From a virus, in IMG/VR virus record IMGVR_UViG_3300029267_006021: 64,000 nt of DNA; one strand, 5' to 3'. The position numbers were made by a program, and so were the translations under genes. The number at the start of each line of letters is the position of its first letter. The stretch's first letter is position 1. Positions 35,973-44,498 of the stretch are shown here, in pieces. The notes under the pieces were generated by a model. It had not been told where the DNA came from and did not search any database. It saw only the letters and a program-made list of their open reading frames with translations.

Positions 35973-37472
35973 TTAAGGCAGGATCTGTTTGAATTTTCTT
36001 TTGATCTCACCAGCCTGCAACAGCATAATTTTAGAAGATTTGCCAGCCAACTTTTCAATATATCTGTACTGTTCTTGAGTATGTTTGTAAGGCGAAACAT
36101 GGCTCACTTCATGAATGATAATACCTAAACCTTGATCAGTAAAAGGAGATTTTGTGAAGAACTCGCAATACTTATTCAAAGACTTTCTGTACAACCGAAT
36201 CAAAAAGGCACCATTACCTTCACTCCCACAATCAGCAAGCCGTCTACCTCCTGGATAGGAGTTTTCAATAACCTCAACTCGCCAAGAATAAGAAGGTTCA
36301 AGCTGTTCAGCAAACCACTTCACAAAGTCAACGATCTTCTTATCTCTAGGACTAAGGTCTTCATATGAAGTGACCTTAGGCGTCCACTCTGAACTCTGAG
36401 TACGTCCAAACCAATCTAAATCTCCCTCCATAGTCTGCTTCATGAACTTCTTGACTGTTGGTCTTCTCTGCTTAAACGCTTTTCGCCAACCCTGAGAAAG
36501 ATGCCCAGTTACAACGACTCGGGCCCCTTTCTCAGAAACTAAAATATTCTGAGCATGATCCAAATTAGTTCCTACAACCGTATTTGCCCCAAAGCGCTTC
36601 TGGATCACTTTATCTTGAACTTCTGGGTCTGAATCTCCGATTACTTGACCTACGTAATCTGCTGTTACTTCCTCTTTAGTTAGTTTAGATACACGACGCT
36701 CCAAAAGCTGTTTGTAAAGACGCTTTTTATAAGTCTCACGGATATGATTTCGCTCAGGTGGAATCGAAATACGTTGTAGAATATTCACATCATAAGGATA
36801 GTCAAGTAGAACGTCAACAGGAATGCCCATTTCATAGATATAAGCAACATCATGTTTCTTCTCATAAAGTTCAACAGTAGTCATTCTAAGTTTTTCATGT
36901 TCTCTTAAACTATCATCATAAATAACAGTCTTTAAATTAATCTCATCATACTCCTCGAGTTTTTCTCGAGGTTCTATTTTAAGACCATTAATGTAAAAAC
37001 TAACATTTTCTGGGATAATCAAAAATTGACACCAAGAAATAATCTTATCAATTGACTCAGATGGCCATTCTGTAATAAACAATCTTAGACAGGTACCTTT
37101 TTCAGTTCTATCAGGAAGTTCTTTGCGTTTACTCTTTAAGATATCAAATGAAATTGAACCATTTTGGGAAAATACCAAAGCTTTATCTGCGACTATAATA
37201 AGTTCTTTAATTCCACGTCCCATTCTACCACGACTTGTCGGCTTGAGTCTCTTATCTGTTTTAAAGAGTGTCCAAAGGGTGCTGAGATCTCGAACCCCTC
37301 CTTCGCAATCGTCTTCTATTTGAAGGATGATTTCTTCAAATTCTTCCTTAATATCGAGTTTAAAACAAGTTGGACTCTCATCAAGTATGTTTTGAATTGC
37401 CTCACGCACTAGTTCTTCAGGAGATCGAGAAAGATTCTTTTTTCGCCAAGCATCCAAATCAACTTCTAGCAT
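35973..37472 (-). CDS. GHKL (HATPase_c-like) ATPase fused to an HExxH zincin-like domain
   Basis: ELVREAIQNILDE (N-box), IEDDCEGG, RGRMGRGIK, GT; C-terminal IIIHEVSH; likely start MLEVD at 37472. Confidence 0.7.
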   Translation of the reverse strand: MLEVDLDAWRKKNLSRSPEELVREAIQNILDESPTCFKLDIKEEFEEIILQIEDDCEGGVRDLSTLWTLFKTDKRLKPTSRGRMGRGIKELIIVADKALVFSQNGSISFDILKSKRKELPDRTEKGTCLRLFITEWPSESIDKIISWCQFLIIPENVSFYINGLKIEPREKLEEYDEINLKTVIYDDSLREHEKLRMTTVELYEKKHDVAYIYEMGIPVDVLLDYPYDVNILQRISIPPERNHIRETYKKRLYKQLLERRVSKLTKEEVTADYVGQVIGDSDPEVQDKVIQKRFGANTVVGTNLDHAQNILVSEKGARVVVTGHLSQGWRKAFKQRRPTVKKFMKQTMEGDLDWFGRTQSSEWTPKVTSYEDLSPRDKKIVDFVKWFAEQLEPSYSWRVEVIENSYPGGRRLADCGSEGNGAFLIRLYRKSLNKYCEFFTKSPFTDQGLGIIIHEVSHVSPYKHTQEQYRYIEKLAGKSSKIMLLQAGEIKRKFKQILP

Positions 37473-37564
37473 AACTATAACTTCTTTCTTTTTATATTGT
37501 ACAAGAATGGCACAAAGATATTTACAAAGTAAACTTTTTAATAATAACAAGATAACTGAAGTGC

Positions 37565-38113
37565 TTATTTCAAGAAGGAATCATATGACCAAAATTTTGT
37601 TTTCTTAGGTCTTGGATCATAATCTCGAGTGAAACTATGAGTCCACTCTGGGTGGACAAAGTTTTGATTCGGACGGACAGCATAACCTGAAGGATCGAGC
37701 AAAAGTTTAAATATAGCAGTACCTGGAACTACAAGACATTTAACACTATTTTCAATTAAATTAATCCATCGCTCTGCTAAAGATTGATCAGTTCTTTCTC
37801 CAATCCAGTCAGCATCTGGAGGTATGAAAACAAGCCCTTTCTCTTTCTGAACTTCTCTTACAAAGTCAATAAACCACATATAGTGACGAACAGGTGCGAT
37901 ATGTGGGTTCTTCCTAAGAGCAAAAGTTCTACAATCGACAATCGTTAACTCTTTTGCTTTAACAAAAGGAATATCAGGATGAGGAGAAATTAAATGCTTA
38001 GAATTCTGTTCTAGATCAAATGTACTCTTCTTACCTACTAATGAAGTAATGCAAGGTACCCATTCAGGTTTTTGGATGAGATCACTCAATGAAAACCAAG
38101 TCCACCTTTCCAT
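37565..38113 (-). CDS. Hypothetical protein
   Basis: 182 aa ORF overlapping the end of the upstream TOPRIM gene. Confidence 0.6.
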   Translation of the reverse strand: MERWTWFSLSDLIQKPEWVPCITSLVGKKSTFDLEQNSKHLISPHPDIPFVKAKELTIVDCRTFALRKNPHIAPVRHYMWFIDFVREVQKEKGLVFIPPDADWIGERTDQSLAERWINLIENSVKCLVVPGTAIFKLLLDPSGYAVRPNQNFVHPEWTHSFTRDYDPRPKKTKFWSYDSFLK

Positions 38114-38879
38114 GTTTTTGATATACGGCGTACGGATCCTTTCCTTCGGGGCTATAGAAACAAGCGCGATTCTGATCTATAAACTTCGAAGATTTAATTA
38201 AACCATAACCATCCATATCAAAACAAACGACCCAATTAGCAGTCTTTAATTGTTCCATATGATTTGGTGTAATTTCAATAGAACCAAGACCAACTATATT
38301 TTTATAACCACTCTCATTAAAAGCAACATAATCAAGAAAACCTTCGCATAAAACCAGTTGTTGACCTTTGCTACATTTATGAAGACCAAAAGTAGCTTGC
38401 TGACCAATAGGAAATAACCACTTGAAACTATTTTGAACAATCTGAGGGTTGAGTATACGAAAGCCTATCTCATTAATCTTGCCTTCCCAATCCCTACTAG
38501 GAATTACCATAAATTGAGCATTAAAAATACTTACACCGGCAGATTTCCAAAAATTAAGCTGCTCTTTGTTAAATAAAACATAAGCATTTTCAAAACAATT
38601 CTGTTCTGAAACAGTAAACAAACCTACTTCATATTTATCAAGAATCTTAGAAGAAAGACCACGAAAATCTATATTTTTAGATTGTTTACGCGAAGTTATA
38701 CAAGATTTAATGAAATCTTCAGATTGTTGGAATGAAAAAGATAGTTTACAGTGCTTTTGAACGTGTTTTTGGCCATAAAGACCTATAATAGAACGAGTGA
38801 GAGGTTTAGCAATCAAATCTATACCATCATAGGCCAATTTATAACGAAATGCTTGCCGATCTATAAATGCATGTCTCAT
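38082..38879 (-). CDS. TOPRIM-domain, DnaG primase-like protein
   Basis: VLCEGFLDY, CFDMDGYG (DxD), GKDP; no N-terminal zinc-binding domain visible. Confidence 0.75.
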   Translation of the reverse strand: MRHAFIDRQAFRYKLAYDGIDLIAKPLTRSIIGLYGQKHVQKHCKLSFSFQQSEDFIKSCITSRKQSKNIDFRGLSSKILDKYEVGLFTVSEQNCFENAYVLFNKEQLNFWKSAGVSIFNAQFMVIPSRDWEGKINEIGFRILNPQIVQNSFKWLFPIGQQATFGLHKCSKGQQLVLCEGFLDYVAFNESGYKNIVGLGSIEITPNHMEQLKTANWVVCFDMDGYGLIKSSKFIDQNRACFYSPEGKDPYAVYQKHGKVDLVFIE

Positions 38880-38884
38880 GCAAC

Positions 38885-38893
38885 ATTATACAA
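38885..38893 (-). promoter_or_regulatory. Sigma70-like -10 box (TTGTATAAT), probably a leaderless transcript
   Basis: TATAAT ends about 6 nt before the ATG at 38879; the same 9-mer recurs at 10034, 44480, 47574 and 55147. Confidence 0.5.
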
Positions 38894-38926
38894 AAAATAA
38901 GAGTAGTTGTTAACTACTCTTATTTT
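38892..38926 (-). terminator. Rho-independent terminator after the ELKKIA array
   Basis: aaaataagagtagtt-gtt-aactactcttatttt 15 bp inverted repeat with a U-tract on the minus strand. Confidence 0.8.
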
Positions 38927-38937
38927 AATTTAGCAAT

Positions 38938-39510
38938 CTATTCATAATCAGCGGGATTTATATTCATCACTTTAAAATACTGATCAGCGTTTGTTGATAT
39001 ATTTTTCTTTACAGCATCTATATGTTTTTTCATCTCATCATCACTAAGTAACATGAGTATTGATTTCACAAATGCTGTAGCTTTGCGCGCAAGATCTTCA
39101 AAAGCATTTGGAAAATATATCTCGTCTGTTATCCACTCGAGCGTTTTGGCTGGGTCTTGAAGAACATCTTTCTTAAAAATCTCAATAGCTCCAGATGAAA
39201 GATTTCTATTTGAATAATACATATTTGTTAAATCTGTAATCGACTCTTTTGCAGTAGAATTTACTAACGCTTGGGCTAGGATTTTTGGGTAACCTTCTGA
39301 CCAGTCAAGATAACTCCACCCAGACGGAAACCAATTATGGGGCGCCCCAGCATTCATCATCTTGGTAATTTCATCTACACCGAGATTATTAAGGTAATCC
39401 ATAAAATCAGCGTAGACATCAAATTCTTCTGCGTCTCTTCCTTGCACTGCCTTTTTCTGTGTTTTTGCTAAATCTTGAGCGATCTTTTTGAGTTCTTCTG
39501 CTGGGTTCAT
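38938..39510 (-). CDS. Acidic protein, ELKKIA-leader family
   Basis: MNPAEELKKIAQDL start; GGAG RBS. Confidence 0.75.
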   Translation of the reverse strand: MNPAEELKKIAQDLAKTQKKAVQGRDAEEFDVYADFMDYLNNLGVDEITKMMNAGAPHNWFPSGWSYLDWSEGYPKILAQALVNSTAKESITDLTNMYYSNRNLSSGAIEIFKKDVLQDPAKTLEWITDEIYFPNAFEDLARKATAFVKSILMLLSDDEMKKHIDAVKKNISTNADQYFKVMNINPADYE

Positions 39511-39544
39511 TTTTTCTCTCCAAATGAATCAAACTAAATAATAT

Positions 39545-39922
39545 TTAATAATAAACCATAGACTCTAAAACAAGTGTTCCGCCTGTGGTACTAACTACAT
39601 CAGTTGCTGTGGCTAAGAAATCATGAAGATCTTCATAGTCTACTGGAAGGTCAGATGATTCTGGCTCAACTACTTTATCAAGAAAAGCACTCATTGCCAT
39701 GCCGAAGTCTTCTTCATTTTCTCCCAGTTTAAAATCTCGAGCGGATTCTAAAAGATCCTCTGGGACTCCTTTTAATACGGCAGTTATCTTTGGAGATCTT
39801 CCAGTACTGGGTGAAGAAACTTCGAGTGAGACACCTCCAGTGAAATCCTTCTTCCAATTCCATTTTAAATCTTCTTTATCAAGTTCTTCTGCGATCTTTT
39901 TGAGTTCTTCTGCGGAGTTCAT
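39545..39922 (-). CDS. Acidic protein, ELKKIA-leader family
   Basis: MNSAEELKKIAEEL start. Confidence 0.75.
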   Translation of the reverse strand: MNSAEELKKIAEELDKEDLKWNWKKDFTGGVSLEVSSPSTGRSPKITAVLKGVPEDLLESARDFKLGENEEDFGMAMSAFLDKVVEPESSDLPVDYEDLHDFLATATDVVSTTGGTLVLESMVYY

Positions 39923-39948
39923 GTTTGATTCTCATTAAAAACTAATTT

Positions 39949-40281
39949 TTAGAGTTCAGGATGTCCTTCAGGAATTCTCCAGATAATCTTACCTGGCTCC
40001 ACTTTATACACAACATAAAGTGGAGTTTCAAAGGCATCCTCAATTAAATCTGGATCATATTTATCCTGCACTTGAGGACGAATAGTTTTCTCAAGTTCTT
40101 CTCCAAGTTCTGTATCATCTGCAGTTTCCATTGATTCCAATGCCAAATTAGTAATATATTCAGGCAAACCTGACATCTCAATTGTTTTTGAATCAACTCT
40201 ATGAATTTCAACTTCTTCATCTCTCTTCAAATTTTGCTCTAACTCTGCAGCGATCTTTTTGAGTTCTCTTGCTGGGTTCAT
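39949..40281 (-). CDS. Acidic protein, ELKKIA-leader family
   Basis: MNPARELKKIAAEL start; motif ATAATCTACTAAT at 40327-40339 upstream. Confidence 0.75.
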   Translation of the reverse strand: MNPARELKKIAAELEQNLKRDEEVEIHRVDSKTIEMSGLPEYITNLALESMETADDTELGEELEKTIRPQVQDKYDPDLIEDAFETPLYVVYKVEPGKIIWRIPEGHPEL

Positions 40282-40326
40282 TGTGTGTCCCTTTAAAAAC
40301 CAAAAACTAATTTTTAAATCTCGATA

Positions 40327-40339
40327 ATTAGTAGATTAT
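40327..40339 (-). promoter_or_regulatory. Candidate late-promoter motif ATAATCTACTAAT
   Basis: About 46 nt upstream of the first ELKKIA gene; identical to the copy at 63846-63858. Confidence 0.6.
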
Positions 40340-40534
40340 TTAGAAAATCTAGAAATAAATTTAGTGATCTACCGTTAGCTAAAGCACATGGCTTTCTTTG
40401 TTTTGATTCTTGTGATAGGACGATCTACCCCAGGAGTTGGGCCATTAACCCAGTGGCAGAAAACTGTTTCAACATCTAAACTAGAAAAATCACGAAGACA
40501 GCGAAGCAGGTCTTCTTTGCTAAAAATTTTTTCG

Positions 40535-41011
40535 TCATTCAGTACTATCTTCATTTTTAAGACTCCTATCTTGATTAACAGGAACTAAACGATACAAAGA
40601 GTCTTGATAACAAACAATTTTCTCTTCTTCATTATGGAAGAAAACATCCCTTGGTTTTAAAAGATAGGGCAAAACGAAAAGAAGAACAAAAAATACTGTG
40701 CTCAACAAAAAGATATAAATAAAAAATGGAAGATTATCAGAAAAGAAATTCTTGGCTGTATGTTTTAATCCGGGAGGCCCTGGTAAAGGCATCCAATGGG
40801 TTATATCTGAATAACCTAAACCTTCATCAGTATGATAACTATGGCGAGGAGTTTTATCAGAAGAACAAGCATCTCCTCCCACCCATTCAAAAATACATGA
40901 AACAACTCCACTTTTAGGACCATAAGCTATGACATGCATTGTATCATGAAAACTATTAATAAAACCGGGCTGAGGGTGCTTTCCATCTTGACAATCAATC
41001 CATTTGCTCAT
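40535..41011 (-). CDS. DUF551-like domain protein with a C-terminal transmembrane segment
   Basis: MSKWID...ITHWMPLPGPP; hydrophobic FFIYIFLLSTVFFVLLFVLPY. Confidence 0.65.
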   Translation of the reverse strand: MSKWIDCQDGKHPQPGFINSFHDTMHVIAYGPKSGVVSCIFEWVGGDACSSDKTPRHSYHTDEGLGYSDITHWMPLPGPPGLKHTAKNFFSDNLPFFIYIFLLSTVFFVLLFVLPYLLKPRDVFFHNEEEKIVCYQDSLYRLVPVNQDRSLKNEDSTE

Positions 41012-41184
41012 TGATAAACCTCATAACTTCGTTTCATTCCACATTTGGAACAAGTCCACACTACATATTCAGGATAACTCTCTCTGCTTTCAGGTAGATA
41101 ATCATGGTCACAATCAGAATCCCCTCCTGAGCTTACACCAGTAAAGGGACAACAATAATCAGGCAATTCAATCTTTCGATTCAT
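41008..41184 (-). CDS. Small Cys-rich zinc-finger protein
   Basis: CDH...CSKCG; likely start MNRK at 41184. Confidence 0.5.
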   Translation of the reverse strand: MNRKIELPDYCCPFTGVSSGGDSDCDHDYLPESRESYPEYVVWTCSKCGMKRSYEVYQ

Positions 41185-41371
41185 TTTGAGGAATCCATTC
41201 TCCAAAGATCTCTTGGGTTTTGAAATTCCAAGACATGCGAGTGATTCCTACATAGTAACTAGAAGCAATTTCAAAGGATGACGAAGAAGCTGAGATAATC
41301 TGATTTAAAGTGAGCAAAAAATCCTCACTTGTTGCCGCTGTACGCAATTCAAACATGCATATCTCTTTCAA
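41168..41371 (-). CDS. Hypothetical protein
   Basis: ORF in a co-oriented run; TATAAT box at 41378-41383. Confidence 0.4.
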   Translation of the reverse strand: MKEICMFELRTAATSEDFLLTLNQIISASSSSFEIASSYYVGITRMSWNFKTQEIFGEWIPQNESKD

Positions 41372-41394
41372 CGTTTGATTATATAATTAGAAGC

Positions 41395-41697
41395 TTATGA
41401 ATCTTCAGATGAAAACTTAACTCTTAAACCTTCGGACTGAGCATCATAGAGAAGTTTGATTTCTGAAGGAGTGAAAGACTTAGTTGGAAAAATCAAAACT
41501 GATCCAATTTGCTTACCAGACAAGTCCATCCAGGAAATAACATCAAACAGTGCTTTTAAATAACCCTTCCTAACTAAATCTCTATCAGTGAAGCTGTTCA
41601 CTGTATCGCATTCTTGAGCTTCTAAAACATTTAGAATTTCATCTCGAATTTTTAAACGTAATTCTGCCATTTCAACAAAATTTTGACCGTCAAACAT
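41395..41697 (-). CDS. Hypothetical protein
   Basis: 100 aa; GGGAG RBS. Confidence 0.6.
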   Translation of the reverse strand: MFDGQNFVEMAELRLKIRDEILNVLEAQECDTVNSFTDRDLVRKGYLKALFDVISWMDLSGKQIGSVLIFPTKSFTPSEIKLLYDAQSEGLRVKFSSEDS

Positions 41698-41707
41698 AAT
41701 TAACTCC

Positions 41708-41917
41708 CTAATCTAGACGTGTTAAACCCAGTTCGATAAAAGAATCTTCTACAATTTTATCAGGCTCGAATTCTAAAACTTCTTCAAAAATCCATTCATG
41801 TCCGCAATAAGGACATTGACATCCGTCAATGTCTGGAACAGTACAATCATTAAGATCTCCTAGGTTAACATAACAATATTTTTTACAAGCAGGGCAATAA
41901 ACTTTATCGTACATCAA
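41708..41917 (-). CDS. Small zinc-ribbon protein
   Basis: CPAC...CPYCG. Confidence 0.6.
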   Translation of the reverse strand: MMYDKVYCPACKKYCYVNLGDLNDCTVPDIDGCQCPYCGHEWIFEEVLEFEPDKIVEDSFIELGLTRLD

Positions 41918-42144
41918 GAGACCTTTGAATTATTTTCTAAGTTTTCAGTTTTTCGTTTTTGTACATCTTTAATCCTGCTCAAACTCCATTCTTCTACTTC
42001 CACTAAATTATTAGCCTTCTTTAAAGTTATAAATAGTGGGTTTTTAACATTTAAATTTCGACCACCTATTATTAGTTTACCTTGTTGACTTTTCAATGAG
42101 CATCCTAGACTCTTTAGACGTTTTCTAAGATCTCGAAATTTCAT
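41914..42144 (-). CDS. Small basic protein (paralogue of 52041-52214)
   Basis: GGAGG RBS before MKFRD; aligns with the unannotated 57 aa ORF at 52041-52214. Confidence 0.6.
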   Translation of the reverse strand: MKFRDLRKRLKSLGCSLKSQQGKLIIGGRNLNVKNPLFITLKKANNLVEVEEWSLSRIKDVQKRKTENLENNSKVS

Positions 42145-42160
42145 CTTGACCTCCACAATG

Positions 42161-42502
42161 CTAAGACCACATAGACTTTAAAAGAACTGAACAGTATTTA
42201 AGCAAAGTCCAATCCTCACATTTCACAAGCCCCTCCCATAAGGGAGCTTCATGTTTTGGAACTTTCTTTGCTAAAACATGCAAAAATCTTCGGCAAATCC
42301 TGGCAATCTTTTTGACTTCATCTTTCTTTGCTTTGTTCGCAGTTTCTGCTACATACATACCTTCAGACAGCACGCTATGTATTTTAGCCGCGGTTTTTTC
42401 TTCTGGTTCATTATCAAGAGACTTAATGTTTGTTTTACCGAAGGCTACTGCAAGTTCACTCCAATCTCGACCTTTAAATCTGTAACCTTTTAAAAAGGGC
42501 AT
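42161..42502 (-). CDS. Hypothetical protein
   Basis: 113 aa; AAGGA RBS. Confidence 0.6.
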   Translation of the reverse strand: MPFLKGYRFKGRDWSELAVAFGKTNIKSLDNEPEEKTAAKIHSVLSEGMYVAETANKAKKDEVKKIARICRRFLHVLAKKVPKHEAPLWEGLVKCEDWTLLKYCSVLLKSMWS

Positions 42503-42706
42503 TTTTAAATCTTCCTTAAGATAGTGAAAACAAAAGAAACAATCTTAGTGAGCAATCTATTTAAAATTGGATGTTTTAATCTCCATTGAATTTTTTAAAA
42601 ATAGACCTCAAATTGTTCTCTATCCTTAAATCGAAGACATTCAAACTCATTTTTGCAACTACTTTTTTGTAGATTTCTGACACTTAGTATCAAACATAAA
42701 TTTCCT

Positions 42707-42889
42707 CTACTTTTGCTTAGGCAGAGGATTAAATTTTGGATTGATAAAGCCATTAACCTCTCTCCACCAATGTTCAATATCATCAGATCTCCAGGAAGAC
42801 TTCATCTCGTCATCAAAATCCCAAGGAAATTCAAAGCCGTCCTCAAATTTTATCCCAAAATGAAGTTGTCCATTAGTAGAAATACCCAT
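42707..42889 (-). CDS. Hypothetical protein, possibly truncated
   Basis: 60 aa, MGISTNGQLHFGI... Confidence 0.45.
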   Translation of the reverse strand: MGISTNGQLHFGIKFEDGFEFPWDFDDEMKSSWRSDDIEHWWREVNGFINPKFNPLPKQK

Positions 42890-42929
42890 TAATCAGAACC
42901 TTGAAAGAACTGTAAAAGAAAGAGGAAAA

Positions 42930-43118
42930 CTAACAACTAAAACGGCATCTTTTTCTTGTAGAAACCTTTTCAGGTTGTATTCTAAGATCTTCGAAAGATT
43001 CAGTAGTCAAATTGCCTTCAGTAGTTGCTATAAGTGTATCTCCTTCTTTAAATACAAGATCACTCTCACTAAGCAAATTGCCTTCAGAATCCTTAATTTG
43101 AAGTTTAGCTTTTTTCAT
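42930..43118 (-). CDS. Hypothetical protein
   Basis: GGAG RBS before MKKAK at 43118. Confidence 0.45.
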   Translation of the reverse strand: MKKAKLQIKDSEGNLLSESDLVFKEGDTLIATTEGNLTTESFEDLRIQPEKVSTRKRCRFSC

Positions 43119-43539
43119 TCTTGTGTCTCTCCAATTGAACACAGTCTTCGCACAACCAAAGCCTAGTTTTTGAGGGACCAATAGAATAACCCTCTGTCAG
43201 AGTCCCAATTCGTCCTACAACACTTTCTCGAATTTCAGGACTAGTTATTTTCTCAAGGTCAAGATCCTTAGGATGAACTCTCTCTTGATTTGTTATCACA
43301 AAATTTTGAGGTGCTACATCATAGGGAAGAAGAGGTTTTTCTTCACCGCATCTTTCACAATGTTCAGGTTTCTCTAAAAAACTATGCTTCTTATCTTTTA
43401 TCTTTTCCTGTGGAACATAAACAATGTAATTAACACCATCCTCTTCCCAGGTTACTGCTTCAAAATCTTCTGGACAACGCATAAATTTCTGACCATCATA
43501 AGTCCTACCATCATGAAGTGTAATCTTTAAATTAATCAT
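43105..43539 (-). CDS. Hypothetical zinc-finger protein
   Basis: CERCG...LCEDC; AAGGAG RBS. Confidence 0.6.
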   Translation of the reverse strand: MINLKITLHDGRTYDGQKFMRCPEDFEAVTWEEDGVNYIVYVPQEKIKDKKHSFLEKPEHCERCGEEKPLLPYDVAPQNFVITNQERVHPKDLDLEKITSPEIRESVVGRIGTLTEGYSIGPSKTRLWLCEDCVQLERHKNEKS

Positions 43540-43997
43540 AATGTCTCCTTCAAAACGAATCTACGGGCCTTAAAAGGACCCTGCAGGGCCCACTGAAGAG
43601 AAAAAGTTATTTCTGTTTCTCTAGCAGTAAGTGCAGAACACTTAATTTGAAGATCAAAAGCAAATTTCCCATTTTCTTTGGGCTGGCCGAAAACATATAA
43701 TTCAGGTTCTTCAATTAAGCGAGTACAATAAAATAAATGTCCATAAACTTCAAAGAGACTACCAGTCCCAAATAAAGTGCTTGAATTCTTACCAAATTTT
43801 CGAAGAGCTACCACACTGGCGGAAGAACCTACAATAAAGCCCTCAAATTTTTCTAAGTGACTTTTGAGTTCAGAAGGGAGTATGGTGGTCGTCTCTTGTT
43901 CTCGAAGTTGCTCTAACCAAAAACTGTCAATTTGCTCTGACATCAAAGATACAAATTTATCGCAAGGTAGTGTGATTTGTTTTGCATCTAAATTTAT
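43536..43997 (-). pseudogene. Degenerate major-capsid-like paralogue interrupted near its 5' end by the IS element
   Basis: LRKFGK...YGHLFYCTRLIEEPELYVFGQPK aligns with MCP VRKFGR...WGAQLMVSRIVPVGRVYVCAEPE. The ORF-track TTG start (44033) lies inside the IS hairpin; the probable original ATG is at 45642; an internal ATG is at 43943. Confidence 0.5.
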
Positions 43998-44045
43998 GAA
44001 CTCAGCACAAAATACCTTGGGTCTTGTACCCAAGGATGAATGCGC

Positions 44046-44447
44046 TCACTTCTTCTTTTGTTCTTCAATATATTTCTTGATTGTTTCTTCATTAACTTGA
44101 CCTACACCACCATAATAAGTGCTTTTTGACCATAAACCACTACCCCAGAATTTTTTACCTTTTAATTCAGGAAACAAAGTAAAAATTTGAACCGCAGTGA
44201 TACTTTTAATTGTTTTAACAATATTAACCGGGGTTACAAACGGGTCTATTTGTAAAAATATATGGACATGATCAGGCATAATTTCAATGTTTTCCACTAG
44301 CCACTTATAATTAATGCAAATTTCACCAATCAAATGTTTAAGATGTACTTCAATAGGTCCAACTAAAACTTGATGTCTAAACTTTGTACAAAATACAAGA
44401 TGAAGACCAATTTGATGTACACAATGAGAAGATTTTATTAACTTCAT
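44046..44447 (-). CDS. tnpA: IS200-family Y1 HUH transposase
   Basis: HLVFCTKFR, DHVHIF (HUH), LWSKSTY, catalytic Tyr in KKYIEEQ. Confidence 0.95.
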   Translation of the reverse strand: MKLIKSSHCVHQIGLHLVFCTKFRHQVLVGPIEVHLKHLIGEICINYKWLVENIEIMPDHVHIFLQIDPFVTPVNIVKTIKSITAVQIFTLFPELKGKKFWGSGLWSKSTYYGGVGQVNEETIKKYIEEQKKK

Positions 44448-44498
44448 GTTTCTTCTTTTTAATCAGTAATTATTTACTAATTATACAATTAATAAAGT

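Noticed and set aside
43998-44033. TTG start of the 165 aa ORF 43536-44033
   Set aside because: The start codon lies within the IS left-end hairpin, so it is an artefact of the insertion.
44469-44481. Late-promoter copy upstream of tnpB (ATTATTTACTAAT)
   Set aside because: Two mismatches, only 17 nt from the start codon, in very AT-rich IS DNA; could be chance.
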